Assembly (NCBI RefSeq): GCF_013694095.1
Contig: NZ_JACEFB010000004.1
Location: forward strand, 97,638 to 161,637
DNA length: 64,000 nt
Direction of reading: 5' to 3'
Source of the DNA: Thermogemmata fonticola
GTDB taxonomy: Bacteria; Planctomycetota; Planctomycetia; Gemmatales; Gemmataceae
Shown here: piece after piece, positions 11,153 through 20,621 of the stretch
Position numbering within the stretch: position 1 is the stretch's first letter
Layout: the number at the start of each line of letters is the position of its first letter
Position numbers and translations under genes: made by a program
The notes under the pieces: generated by a model
Told to the model about the DNA's origin: nothing
The model's database searches: none
What the model saw: only the letters and a program-made list of their open reading frames with translations

Positions 11153-12313
11153 TCACTTCTTCGGCTTGCAGTACGACAGGGCCATCAAGGCATAGCCGGT
11201 AACCAGATTCGGATCCCCTTCCATCCAGCGGTCGTTCTCATTGACCCAGCTTCCATCGGGCCGCTGGCGTTTGGCCAGCGCTGCCAGCAGGTCGGCCCGC
11301 CAGTCGTGCTTGACACCTTGCGCATCGGTGAACGTATCTTCACCCAAGGCATCCATGCACTTGGCAAACGTGTGATAGTAGTAATACAGGCCACGCTGGC
11401 TGTTGGCGGCAGGCATCCCCGGATTGGCGTCGAGCGTGTAATTCTTGGCAATCCACTCCAGGGCCTTCTTCATCCGCGGATCGTCCTTACTCACCCCGCA
11501 GTAAATCATGCTCTTGATCCCGGCGTAGGTCATGCTGCCGTAGCCCGCCAAATCCCCCTTGGTGTCGTCCGTGCGGCGGTTCTCTCCCTGATTGGCTCCC
11601 GTATAGATGAAGCTGCCGTCGTTGTACTTCCCGGCCCATTCTGCTGTGTTAAATTCGCTCTTGAAGTTCTGACACCGGCTGACGAAAACGAGCGCCTTTT
11701 TGAACGCCGGATCGTTCTTGTCCACCCCCGCCTCCTTGAGCGCTTCCAGGAAAAAGGCCGTGTTGGACAGGTCCGGCCGCGACTTGTCCCCGGCATAGCC
11801 GGCCCCGCCATAGTAGGTATGGTCCGGCGTCACCCCCCGCGCCTCATCCCACTGATACGACTTGAGGTACTTCACCGCATTGCCAATCACTGCCCGGTAC
11901 TTCTCCTCCCGCTTCGCCGCTGCCAGTGCCATCACATTGACGCTCGTCACATAGTTGATCAACGTCGCTTTGGCGTCATCCCCGGCAATATGCCCCGACT
12001 TCGCGTTCACCAGGGACTCGATATACTTCAAACCCTTGGCGGTCGTCGGGTCCTCCGGCCCATAACCGGTGCGGATCAGGCCCGTCACCACGATGCCGGT
12101 AATGCCCCGGCTCATCGGCTCCCGGCTCCAGCTCCCGTTCTCATTCTGGCTTTTGCGCAGAAACGCCACGGCCTTCTCCACCGTGGTCTGCCAGAGCTTC
12201 GCCGCATCCTCTTGCTGCCCGACGGCTTGACCCCGCCCCAGTCCCAGTCCCACCGCGGCTGCCACACCGAGAGCTGCGGCCAGTACACCGCTCACACGCT
12301 TGCCTTTCCCCAT
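11153..12313 (-). CDS. Prenyltransferase/squalene-oxidase repeat (terpene-cyclase-fold) secreted protein
   Basis: Signal peptide, then repeated QxxxGxW-type motifs ('NENGSWSRE', 'SYQWDEARG', 'QRPDGSWVNE'). ATG verified at 12311-12313 (reverse complement). Confidence 0.55.
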   Translation of the reverse strand: MGKGKRVSGVLAAALGVAAAVGLGLGRGQAVGQQEDAAKLWQTTVEKAVAFLRKSQNENGSWSREPMSRGITGIVVTGLIRTGYGPEDPTTAKGLKYIESLVNAKSGHIAGDDAKATLINYVTSVNVMALAAAKREEKYRAVIGNAVKYLKSYQWDEARGVTPDHTYYGGAGYAGDKSRPDLSNTAFFLEALKEAGVDKNDPAFKKALVFVSRCQNFKSEFNTAEWAGKYNDGSFIYTGANQGENRRTDDTKGDLAGYGSMTYAGIKSMIYCGVSKDDPRMKKALEWIAKNYTLDANPGMPAANSQRGLYYYYHTFAKCMDALGEDTFTDAQGVKHDWRADLLAALAKRQRPDGSWVNENDRWMEGDPNLVTGYALMALSYCKPKK

Positions 12314-12650
12314 CGTTTCAGCTCCTTGTGCCAAGTAACCTCCAATCGGTAAACCTGTGGGGAATTCCCCCCATCTCAGGCCAGGGGTGAAATGTGCAAT
12401 TCCCAAGCCGTAAGAACCAGCCCGGGCATCTTTCATCACTCACCCCACTATTCTACGCTCCAGTCCGAAGGATCAGGCCCTCCCCCGCTGGTCATCCTTT
12501 GACCACGCCTGATCACGCCGTAGCCACGCCCAAGGGACCAAGCCGCCCTGACTTCTCCATCGTAACCGGCGGCCGGCTCCCCACGGATCACCCTTGACAC
12601 CTTCCGCCTCGCGCCCTCATGATGCCCGCCACGGTTGAGGAGGAACCGGC

Positions 12651-14249
12651 ATGGATGCTACGCTTGCTCCGGTCACACCGCTGCATGTCTTGCGGCACCT
12701 GGTCACAGCCGTCCTGTGCCCCAGCCGTCCTTGCCCGGACACCGCGCCGCGCCTCGCCTCGGCCCTGGTGCTCCTCCTGCTCCCCGCGGCCCTCCTCTAT
12801 CCGACGCTGGACTTCCACCTGCTCGAACCCGACGAGGGCCGCTACGCCCAGATTCCCAAAGAGATGCTGCAACAGGGCCAATGGATCGTTCCGACCCTGC
12901 AAGGAGAGCCGTACCTGGACAAACCGCCGCTGATGTACTGGCTGACCGCCCTGTCCTACTGGCTTTTCGGTGTCAGTGCCGCCTCGGCTCGCCTGGTTCC
13001 CGCCTTGGCCGTACATTTGACCATCCTGAGCGTCTATTTTCTCGGCCGCCGCAGTGTCGGAGAAAAAGCCGCGTTTTGGGCCGCCCTGATCCTGACCCTG
13101 GCACCCGGCTACTGTGCTGTGGCCCGCCTCTTGCTCCTCGATGGACTTTTGACCCTCTGCATCACCCTGTCCCTCCTCTGCGGTTATGAAGCCGTCCGCA
13201 CCGGCCGCTTCCGCCCCGGCTACTGGCTCGCCGCCGCCGTGGCCTCCGGCCTGGGCTTCCTCACCAAAGGCCCGATTGCGGAAATCCTCCTCTTCATCCC
13301 CCTCTGGATTTTCACCTTCTTGACACACGGCCCCGGAGCTAGTCGCGCCACTCCCCCTCCTGCGGCCGTCCGCCCCGTTTGGTACCTGCTCTTCTTCGCC
13401 ATTGTCGCTGTTGTCAACTTGCCGTGGTATGTGGCTATCTACCTCCAGCAACCCCGCTTTTTGTTCCACTTCTTCTGGCAGCACAATGTCCTGCGCTTCC
13501 TCCAGCCCTTCGATCATCTCGAACCGGTGTGGTATTACTTGCCCCTCCTGCTAGCCGGCCTGCTCCCTGCGACGCCGTTGTTTGTGGTCCACCTGTTCCG
13601 CCTCTTTCTGCGGCCCGCCCACGACCCCAGCCGCCCCGCTTTGCCCGAGTTTTTCTGGCTCATCACCGCTCTGTGGTGCCTCCTCTTCTTCAGTTGTTCC
13701 GGCAGCAAACTCCCCACCTACATCCTGCCGGCCTACCCCCCTCTCTGCCTGGCTCTCGGCGCCGCCGCCGTCCGCTATCGCTGGCATCAACTCCTTCTGC
13801 CGCGCCTCAGCCTCGCTGCGATGGCCCTCCTCCTGGCCTGCGCCTTCCACGTCCTCATCCCGCTTTATGCGCGCGAACGATCTCCTTATGGACGGCCAGA
13901 ACTGATTGATCCATTCGTCGCAGATAAAAGTCAAACTATCGTTTGCTTCTCACGCAATTGCGATTCCATCGCCTTCTACCTCGACCGCTCCGACCTGCGC
14001 TCCGTCCGCACGCGGGATGTCAATCATCTGTACGTCGCCTGCCACTTCCGGCCCCGCACCGTCATCCTCTTTACCCACCGCGAAGCTTTAGCGGGCTTCC
14101 GCAACGCCCTGCCGCCAAGCCTGATGATTGTGGAAACCGTCTCCCTCCGCCGCAGCTACGGCCACCCTTGGCTTGACAAAATCCTCGGCATCACACCGTG
14201 GGGACTCTGCGACATCGCCGTCATCGCCCCCCGCTCCCTCCAACCGTGA
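12651..14249 (+). CDS. GT39/GT83 family glycosyltransferase (ArnT/PMT-like, polytopic membrane)
   Basis: 'EPDEGRYAQIPKEMLQQGQW' DE-motif loop between TM1 and TM2. Ten or more TM helices. ATG at 12651 with 'gaggagg' RBS upstream. Confidence 0.7.
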   Translation: MDATLAPVTPLHVLRHLVTAVLCPSRPCPDTAPRLASALVLLLLPAALLYPTLDFHLLEPDEGRYAQIPKEMLQQGQWIVPTLQGEPYLDKPPLMYWLTALSYWLFGVSAASARLVPALAVHLTILSVYFLGRRSVGEKAAFWAALILTLAPGYCAVARLLLLDGLLTLCITLSLLCGYEAVRTGRFRPGYWLAAAVASGLGFLTKGPIAEILLFIPLWIFTFLTHGPGASRATPPPAAVRPVWYLLFFAIVAVVNLPWYVAIYLQQPRFLFHFFWQHNVLRFLQPFDHLEPVWYYLPLLLAGLLPATPLFVVHLFRLFLRPAHDPSRPALPEFFWLITALWCLLFFSCSGSKLPTYILPAYPPLCLALGAAAVRYRWHQLLLPRLSLAAMALLLACAFHVLIPLYARERSPYGRPELIDPFVADKSQTIVCFSRNCDSIAFYLDRSDLRSVRTRDVNHLYVACHFRPRTVILFTHREALAGFRNALPPSLMIVETVSLRRSYGHPWLDKILGITPWGLCDIAVIAPRSLQP

Positions 14250-14571
14250 TTCCACTGACTGCTCCGGCACTTCTCGGACGCCTCAAGCTGCCCTCCACAG
14301 CAGAGCACCTCCCCAGTCCGCGCTTTCTTTCTGGCTGAAAAAAAAGGCGCAGGCAAACAGCACCAATATCGACCGGCCCGGAAATTCCTCCTCTCCCCCG
14401 AAAAATCCAGGTTTTCCTGCCCATTTTCCGCCCTCCAACCTCTCGGCCTTGCCGCGAGCATTTGACCCGCAGATTTCTCCGTTCTAGGTTGGAGACGGTG
14501 TGCGGATCGCACCGGCACGCCCTGTCTTTTGGCGGAAAATCCCACAGACCTGTCGCCCACGGTGTGGACCC

Positions 14572-15096
14572 ATGCTAGCCCGACGACACCTGCAAGCCCG
14601 CCGCGGCGTCTCGGCCGTGGAAATGGCCGTAGTCACCGTCGCCATCCTCCTTCCCACCATCATCGGCCTGTGGGAAGTCGGACGGCTGATCTATGTCACG
14701 CAAGTCGTCAGCCATGCCGCACGGGAAGGCGCACGCCTTGCTGCACAGGCTTATACCATCAACTCCAGTGGTCAAGTCGTGGACATCCACCGCGCCACCG
14801 GCGTCCCCAATGTCGCCAGCACGGTCTACCAAGCCCTTCGCGCTGGCGGACTCGCCCAACTCCAACCCACGGATGTCGCCGTTGAATTCCAATTTACCAG
14901 TGGAGACACCAGCCGCACCGAACCCTACCAGGGAGAGCGCGGACAGACATTCTTCGTCCGGGTCACCGTCCCGTGGTCCCGAGTGCGACTCATCAACCTC
15001 GGACTGATCAACCCAACGCAAGTGCAATTCACCGCCCACTGGCGAATGTTAATCGACGAGCGATTTAGCATCAATGATCGATTACCAACCTGGTGA
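14572..15096 (+). CDS. TadE-like minor pilin/pseudopilin domain protein
   Basis: 'RRGVSAVEMAVVTVAILLPTIIGLWEVGR' TadE/TadF N-terminal motif. ATG at 14572. Confidence 0.6.
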   Translation: MLARRHLQARRGVSAVEMAVVTVAILLPTIIGLWEVGRLIYVTQVVSHAAREGARLAAQAYTINSSGQVVDIHRATGVPNVASTVYQALRAGGLAQLQPTDVAVEFQFTSGDTSRTEPYQGERGQTFFVRVTVPWSRVRLINLGLINPTQVQFTAHWRMLIDERFSINDRLPTW

Positions 15097-15101
15097 TAAC
15101 C

Positions 15102-15668
15102 ATGAAAGTCAACACCACCCATAATTTGCAAAAACGTAAAGGTGCGGCCATTGTGGAAATGGCCCTCGTCATCACCGTACTGGCGATGCTCTTATTCGGC
15201 ATCTTTGAATACGCACGCTTTTTGTTTGTCATGCACATCACACATAATGCCGCTCGTGATGCCGCTCGCTACGCCGCTGTCAATCTAGATAAACCCAGTA
15301 ATTTTGATACAACAAACTACACCAATGCCACAGGCACAACCTTTCTCTCCGTCCAAAATTATGCCCGCGAACGCATGGCCGGCGCTCACGGCCAACTTGT
15401 CAACTTCCAAGTCGCCGTCTATCCGGTAGATAATACAGGTCTTTATCTAGATCCACCTGTTATTCGGCCAAAATCTAAGACTCCTGGAACATACCCAGAT
15501 CCCTTCAATCCGAGCGACCCGAATCGTGTGCCTTGGAGCCAAGCGGACTATACAGAAAAAATTGCAGTGACTATCCGAGGTGAATTCAGGAGTATTTTAC
15601 CGAATCTCCTGTTGATGCCAGCTACGATACAGATTGAAATAACAGGTATGTCAGCCGCAGAAGGATGA
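15102..15668 (+). CDS. TadE-like minor pilin/pseudopilin domain protein (second copy)
   Basis: 'KGAAIVEMALVITVLAMLLFGIFEYAR' TadE-like N-terminus. ATG at 15102, 5 nt after the preceding stop. AT-richer codon usage than neighbouring genes. Confidence 0.6.
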   Translation: MKVNTTHNLQKRKGAAIVEMALVITVLAMLLFGIFEYARFLFVMHITHNAARDAARYAAVNLDKPSNFDTTNYTNATGTTFLSVQNYARERMAGAHGQLVNFQVAVYPVDNTGLYLDPPVIRPKSKTPGTYPDPFNPSDPNRVPWSQADYTEKIAVTIRGEFRSILPNLLLMPATIQIEITGMSAAEG

Positions 15669-15690
15669 TATATTCACCAGGAGATTAGCT

Positions 15691-18588
15691 ATGATCTGTC
15701 GGCAGAAATCACAGGCGCGTCGCGGGATCGCCATCCCAGTGATTGCCATCTGCATCATCGGGCTATTCGCCTTCGTGGCGTTGGCTGTCGATCTTGGCAT
15801 GTTGGCCATCTCCCGCACCCATGCTCAGAACGCTGCTGACATCGCTGCTCTTGCAGGCACCCGTCAACTCAGCAACCGTCCGGGCGTGGTCAACAGCAAC
15901 TTGGCCCAAGCCGTTGCTGTCGCTCGCGATGCTGCCACCAGTAACTTCCATCGGAACGAACAATTTACACTTGCTCAAATCGAGCGGATCGATGTTGGGC
16001 AATATCTTTATGATCCGGTAAGTCAACAGTTTCGCGTCTCGACATGGTACAACGCCGCTGAGAATCCCACCCCACCGAGCGGTTCTTGGACCGCAATGCG
16101 TGTCCGCATGACGGCACCCCAATCCACCTATTTCATGAGGATCCTTGGTGTCAACACAATGACAACCTATGCCGTCGCCACGGCTGTCTATCGACCGCGT
16201 GATATTGCCTTTGTATTGGATATGACCGGCTCTATGCAATTCAGCTCGTTATTCAATTATGGCTCAAGATCACACAATCCAGATACCTTGATTCCACGCT
16301 TCGGACATTACAGCAATTCTACGATTCAATCTCGGTTAATATCAACAACGAACTACTCTTCTGGGGCTTATACTTACGCCAGAAACAATTTCACCATTTA
16401 CACTCCTGGCGGTCCCCCCATCATCCGCAACTTTTACTTCGACCCCGCCAATCTGAGCAATCCTACGACGCCCGCCGTGGCGGTCAATCCCGCCAATCTC
16501 CGCAATGCTTTCCATCGTTGGAATCCTCCAGAAAGCGGGGCCAATTCCGATACCTACACACCGCCGACCTACGATTTCACCGGTTACGATGCCTTTGACA
16601 CCACCAACAGCCGTGGTCCCACACCCGCCCCGTACAACTTCCAGTACATGACAGATTCCGGTGGTATCACCTATGTGGGTGATCGCTGGCGCCGTGCTGA
16701 TGGTTCTATTAATAAAACAGATACAACATGGAGCACTAGCAGTACTTCAACTAAGCCTGCAACGACTTTGATTGAGCTATTAGGTTATAATATTAGTGGT
16801 TCTAATGTCCGTGGCGGAACCAGTGGAACAACTGTCATTACAACGATTGATCGATTCCGCGATCCCATTTGGGAACAATATGGATATGATTTGGATATTG
16901 TCGCCTATCGAGCCGCGAAGGGAAACGGTCCGCCGCTGAATCCTGGTAGCTTTTCGACTCTCGTTCCCCCCCAGGACCGCTTCAAGGGCTACTCCATGGG
17001 ACCGGGGTATTGGGGCAAGACCTTTTTCATCTGGCCTCCTGACCCCCGTGCTCCAGTCGGTAGTCCAGGAGATGCCAACTATGTGCCGGGAGATTGGCGC
17101 CGCCGGTATTTCCTGAACCGAAACGGTAATCCCTTCGATCCTCAGGTGGATAATAATCCCAGTACATCTCCGGGGGCAAGCACGGGTTTTGAAGGCATCA
17201 ATCAGGTATTGCTTAATAACGCTGCGAATCAATTGACTGTGGCTGGATTTGGTACGACCTCAAATCCCAATTGGCGAATCAATTATACAGCAGTCTTGAA
17301 ATGGATTAAGAGTGACCCACAAGTACTGCCACCTAATCTCCGAGCAGGTCGAATTGTATATTATACATCGATACCAGATGATGTTAATACTTCATCTGGT
17401 ACGACAGAACAAAGATTAGATAAAGTATTTTGGAAGAATTATATTGATTTCGTATTAGGATGGAATTATATAAATAGTGGTTATTTGTATGGTCTTGGTG
17501 ATAGTTGGTCAATTGCGGCAACAAGTATCTACCAGAATAATCTCAATACGTGGACCGGGCCATCGAATAACTGGCCTAGTGCACGTCCATATATGCGCTA
17601 TGACGATTCCCCGAATCGGCCCCGCTTGCATTTTTGGTTCGGTCCTCTCAGCATGGTAGCGTTCATCGCTCAAAGATACCAGGTAAGTTCCAACGTCAAT
17701 TGGCTCCCTGGAACATGCTATGAATCTCAATGCTGGCAACTTAAGGCCGGTATGAACTCTGTAGTTGATGACTTGCGGAACAATCGTCCCAATGACAATT
17801 TCGGTCTTGTCTTTTTCGCCGCTTCACATCAGAACGGCATTCGTGTACCCATGGGACAAGATTACACTGCATTAAAAAATGCATTATTCTATCCGAGATC
17901 ATTACTCAATGCTATCAATAGTGGTAATACAACATCAGAGATTCGTCCATACAACTTGAGTTTTTCTGACACTATCAGTCGGGCAGAAATACCTAACGCT
18001 GCTGGTAGTACAGACCCAGTTACTGGCTTCTCTTACGCTTTCAATTTGTTGTCTCCATCGACGTATTTGCCAGCAAGTACCTATGGAACCATTCGCGGCC
18101 GTCGTGGTGCCGCTAAAGTAGTTATCTTTGAAACTGACGGTGTACCTAATACGGTACGAGTATTCAACTTCCGGATGCGGGGATATGATAGCTACTATGA
18201 ATCTACAGATTCAGTATATGGTGTAGGCGATGGTGGAGCAGATTCCATGAATACGGCGTATGCCGTGGTGCAGCAGATTGTCAAGCCGATGGCCACGACG
18301 AATGCTTCGGGTGTGGACAGCGGGTTGAGTCTACCGAATGCGCCGGCGCGGGTGTATGCCGTGGCGTTCGGCGATTTGTTCGATCCGCTGAACAACTCGA
18401 CCTTCCGAACAACTGCGTTACAGTTTCTAGCGAATGTGGCGGCCTACGGCGGCACAGGCGAGATGGGAGCGACGACTATTCCTGACGATCAAATCATCAC
18501 GGGAACGTATCAGCAGCGTATCGACCGCTTGCGCAATTGCATGCAACGGATATTCAAGTCAGGTGTATCTGTCACTCTCATCGAATAG
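15691..18588 (+). CDS. TadG-like N-terminal domain protein with von Willebrand factor A domain (965 aa, Asn/Tyr/Thr/Ser-rich)
   Basis: 'RRGIAIPVIAICIIGLFAFVALAVDLGML' TadG-type N-terminus. 'DIAFVLDMTGSM' MIDAS-like vWA motif. ATG at 15691 preceded by 'ggagat'. Confidence 0.65.
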   Translation: MICRQKSQARRGIAIPVIAICIIGLFAFVALAVDLGMLAISRTHAQNAADIAALAGTRQLSNRPGVVNSNLAQAVAVARDAATSNFHRNEQFTLAQIERIDVGQYLYDPVSQQFRVSTWYNAAENPTPPSGSWTAMRVRMTAPQSTYFMRILGVNTMTTYAVATAVYRPRDIAFVLDMTGSMQFSSLFNYGSRSHNPDTLIPRFGHYSNSTIQSRLISTTNYSSGAYTYARNNFTIYTPGGPPIIRNFYFDPANLSNPTTPAVAVNPANLRNAFHRWNPPESGANSDTYTPPTYDFTGYDAFDTTNSRGPTPAPYNFQYMTDSGGITYVGDRWRRADGSINKTDTTWSTSSTSTKPATTLIELLGYNISGSNVRGGTSGTTVITTIDRFRDPIWEQYGYDLDIVAYRAAKGNGPPLNPGSFSTLVPPQDRFKGYSMGPGYWGKTFFIWPPDPRAPVGSPGDANYVPGDWRRRYFLNRNGNPFDPQVDNNPSTSPGASTGFEGINQVLLNNAANQLTVAGFGTTSNPNWRINYTAVLKWIKSDPQVLPPNLRAGRIVYYTSIPDDVNTSSGTTEQRLDKVFWKNYIDFVLGWNYINSGYLYGLGDSWSIAATSIYQNNLNTWTGPSNNWPSARPYMRYDDSPNRPRLHFWFGPLSMVAFIAQRYQVSSNVNWLPGTCYESQCWQLKAGMNSVVDDLRNNRPNDNFGLVFFAASHQNGIRVPMGQDYTALKNALFYPRSLLNAINSGNTTSEIRPYNLSFSDTISRAEIPNAAGSTDPVTGFSYAFNLLSPSTYLPASTYGTIRGRRGAAKVVIFETDGVPNTVRVFNFRMRGYDSYYESTDSVYGVGDGGADSMNTAYAVVQQIVKPMATTNASGVDSGLSLPNAPARVYAVAFGDLFDPLNNSTFRTTALQFLANVAAYGGTGEMGATTIPDDQIITGTYQQRIDRLRNCMQRIFKSGVSVTLIE

Positions 18589-18603
18589 GAATACCATACA
18601 AAA

Positions 18604-19371
18604 ATGGAGCGCAATGTGAATTGTGCTGTTCATTGGGAACATGTCAGCAAGTTCTATCCGGTCGGGCCGACAGGTTGGCGGCGGGTGACGGCGGTGGAGG
18701 ACATCACGCTGTCCGTTCCTTACGGCTCGGTTTTCGGACTCATCGGCCCAAATCGCGCGGGAAAGACGACGCTGCTGAAGCTCTTACTTTCGCTCACCTA
18801 TCCCAGTGCCGGGCAGATTTATCGTCTGGGCCGTCCAGCTCATGACATACATACATTATCTCGTGTTGGATATATGCATGAGAATCATGCATTTCCATAC
18901 TATTTGACAGCTTCGGAGATATTGTATCTTTATGGTGGTTTGACAGGCTTAGCGGGGGCGGAATTGCGGCGGCGAGTGGAGGAAGAATTGCGGCGCGTGG
19001 GCTTGGCCGATCGGCAACATGAGGCGATCCGCACTTATAGCAAGGGGATGCTCCAGCGGCTAGGATTGGCCCAGGCGTTGCTCGCGGAACCGGAGCTTTT
19101 GGTGCTCGATGAGCCGACGGAGGGGCTGGACCTGGCAGGACGGCAGTTACTGCGGCAGGTGGTGACAGCGATGCGGCAGCAGGGAAAGACGGTGCTGATG
19201 GTTTCGCATACCCTGGCGGAGATCGAGCAGTTGTGCGACCGGGTGGCAGTTTTGGTCGCTGGCAGACTCGCCTTTACGGGGACAATGGCTGAGTTGCAAT
19301 CGAACCATCTGGAGTATGATACCTTGGAGAAAAAATTGATGGCTATTTACGAACAGAGGATTGCTATATGA
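18604..19371 (+). CDS. ABC transporter ATP-binding protein (ABC-2 subfamily)
   Basis: Walker A 'GPNRAGKTT', signature 'YSKGMLQRLGLAQAL', Walker B 'LLVLDEPTEGLD'. ATG at 18604. Confidence 0.85.
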   Translation: MERNVNCAVHWEHVSKFYPVGPTGWRRVTAVEDITLSVPYGSVFGLIGPNRAGKTTLLKLLLSLTYPSAGQIYRLGRPAHDIHTLSRVGYMHENHAFPYYLTASEILYLYGGLTGLAGAELRRRVEEELRRVGLADRQHEAIRTYSKGMLQRLGLAQALLAEPELLVLDEPTEGLDLAGRQLLRQVVTAMRQQGKTVLMVSHTLAEIEQLCDRVAVLVAGRLAFTGTMAELQSNHLEYDTLEKKLMAIYEQRIAI

Positions 19372-20363
19372 CGGCCTTGCCTCTGGCTATACGCACAGTT
19401 CGTTGGATGATATGGGATACTTATCGTCAATCTCTGGCATCTCGTTTGTTATGGGTGATGCTCGGTTTGACTTTTTTATGCACTTTACTTTGCTTAAGTT
19501 TATCTGTCACTGGAGATGAATATTCGGCTAGCCATCCGTTTGAGTTGCCGATGTATGTCCCGGCAGCGGAGGCGGGGGAGGAGGTGCGGGCCGAGGGGAT
19601 TCGAGTCGTGTCGGGCGAGGTGTCGCTGGGGTTTGGGTTGGTGCGTTTTCCTGTGGGGCGGAGCCGGGCAGATGCGGTGCATTGGTTCCAGGTTTGGCTG
19701 GCTGGCGTGCTGGCGGACACGGTGGGAGTACTGCTGGCGCTGCTGTGGACAGCGGCGTATCTGCCACAGTTTTTGGAGCCGCAGTCGATCAGTGTGCTCT
19801 TGGCCCGGCCCACGCCGCGCTGGGCCTTGCTGACGGGCAAGTATCTGGGCGTTGTCCTCTTTGTGGGATTTCATGCATTTCTTTTTATATTCGCAACATG
19901 GTTTTCTATAGGATTAAAGACTGGTATTTGGGAAGTCCGTTATTGGTTCGCTTTGCCTATTTTGCTGATGAATTTTTCGGTGTTCTACGCATTCAGCGTG
20001 ATGCTTGCTGTATGTAGCCGCGGTGTTATGGTTCCGCTCTTTGGCACACTCTTGTTCTGGGTGCTATGTTGGGCGATGAATATCACGCGGCATACATTCC
20101 TGACGCTGGAGGCGGTGGAGTGGTCCACGCTGACGCCGCTGTTGGTGGAGGTGGGCTATTGGCTGTTGCCCAAGCCGCTGGATGGGAGCGGGCTGTTTTA
20201 CGAGGCGCTGCGGGCGGAGGGCGTAGCCGCTCCGGTCCCGGAGTGGGAAGCGGCGTGTGCGCGAGGAGCCGTCGTGCCGGAATTGTCCGTGCTGTCCTCC
20301 CTGCTCTTCGGCCTGGTCGTGCTGGTGCTGGCCGCTTGGGAGTTCCGCCGGGCGGAATACTGA
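19368..20363 (+). CDS. ABC-2 type transporter permease
   Basis: Six predicted TM helices. ATGA overlap with the upstream ATPase stop (translational coupling). Confidence 0.6.
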   Translation: MTALPLAIRTVRWMIWDTYRQSLASRLLWVMLGLTFLCTLLCLSLSVTGDEYSASHPFELPMYVPAAEAGEEVRAEGIRVVSGEVSLGFGLVRFPVGRSRADAVHWFQVWLAGVLADTVGVLLALLWTAAYLPQFLEPQSISVLLARPTPRWALLTGKYLGVVLFVGFHAFLFIFATWFSIGLKTGIWEVRYWFALPILLMNFSVFYAFSVMLAVCSRGVMVPLFGTLLFWVLCWAMNITRHTFLTLEAVEWSTLTPLLVEVGYWLLPKPLDGSGLFYEALRAEGVAAPVPEWEAACARGAVVPELSVLSSLLFGLVVLVLAAWEFRRAEY

Positions 20364-20621
20364 TCCTTTCCACCGCCTTTCGGGTTATCATACCGTTCTT
20401 ATCACCGAGCTTCCCAGCGTGAGAGTTTTCTTCCGCGCATCTTTGGGGGGCATTCTGGATTTCCCCGCAAAAGCCAAGGCGTGCCGGGAGGACGAAAAAG
20501 GGGGGGTCCGTGTTTGGCCCGTCCGGGGATTTCGCGGCAATTCGCTTGAATCTGGGCAAGTTGTGCGGTCGATAACAAGGGTGCGAAAAGCGCCGGACGG
20601 AGGGGCGCCGCAGGAGGCGAC

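Noticed and set aside
12370-12600. RNase P-like 'AGGGTGAAATG' string upstream of the GT39 gene
   Set aside because: No other RNase P conserved regions (GGAAAGTCCGGGC, ACAGAACCCGGCTTA) nearby. The match is an isolated chance 9-mer.
15100-18200. AT-rich patch (about 45-50% GC) that could mark a horizontally acquired island
   Set aside because: The drop follows the Asn/Tyr/Thr/Ser/Ile-rich composition of the TadG-vWA protein. Flanking genes show no integrase, tRNA or direct-repeat boundaries. Kept only as a compositional note within the Tad finding.
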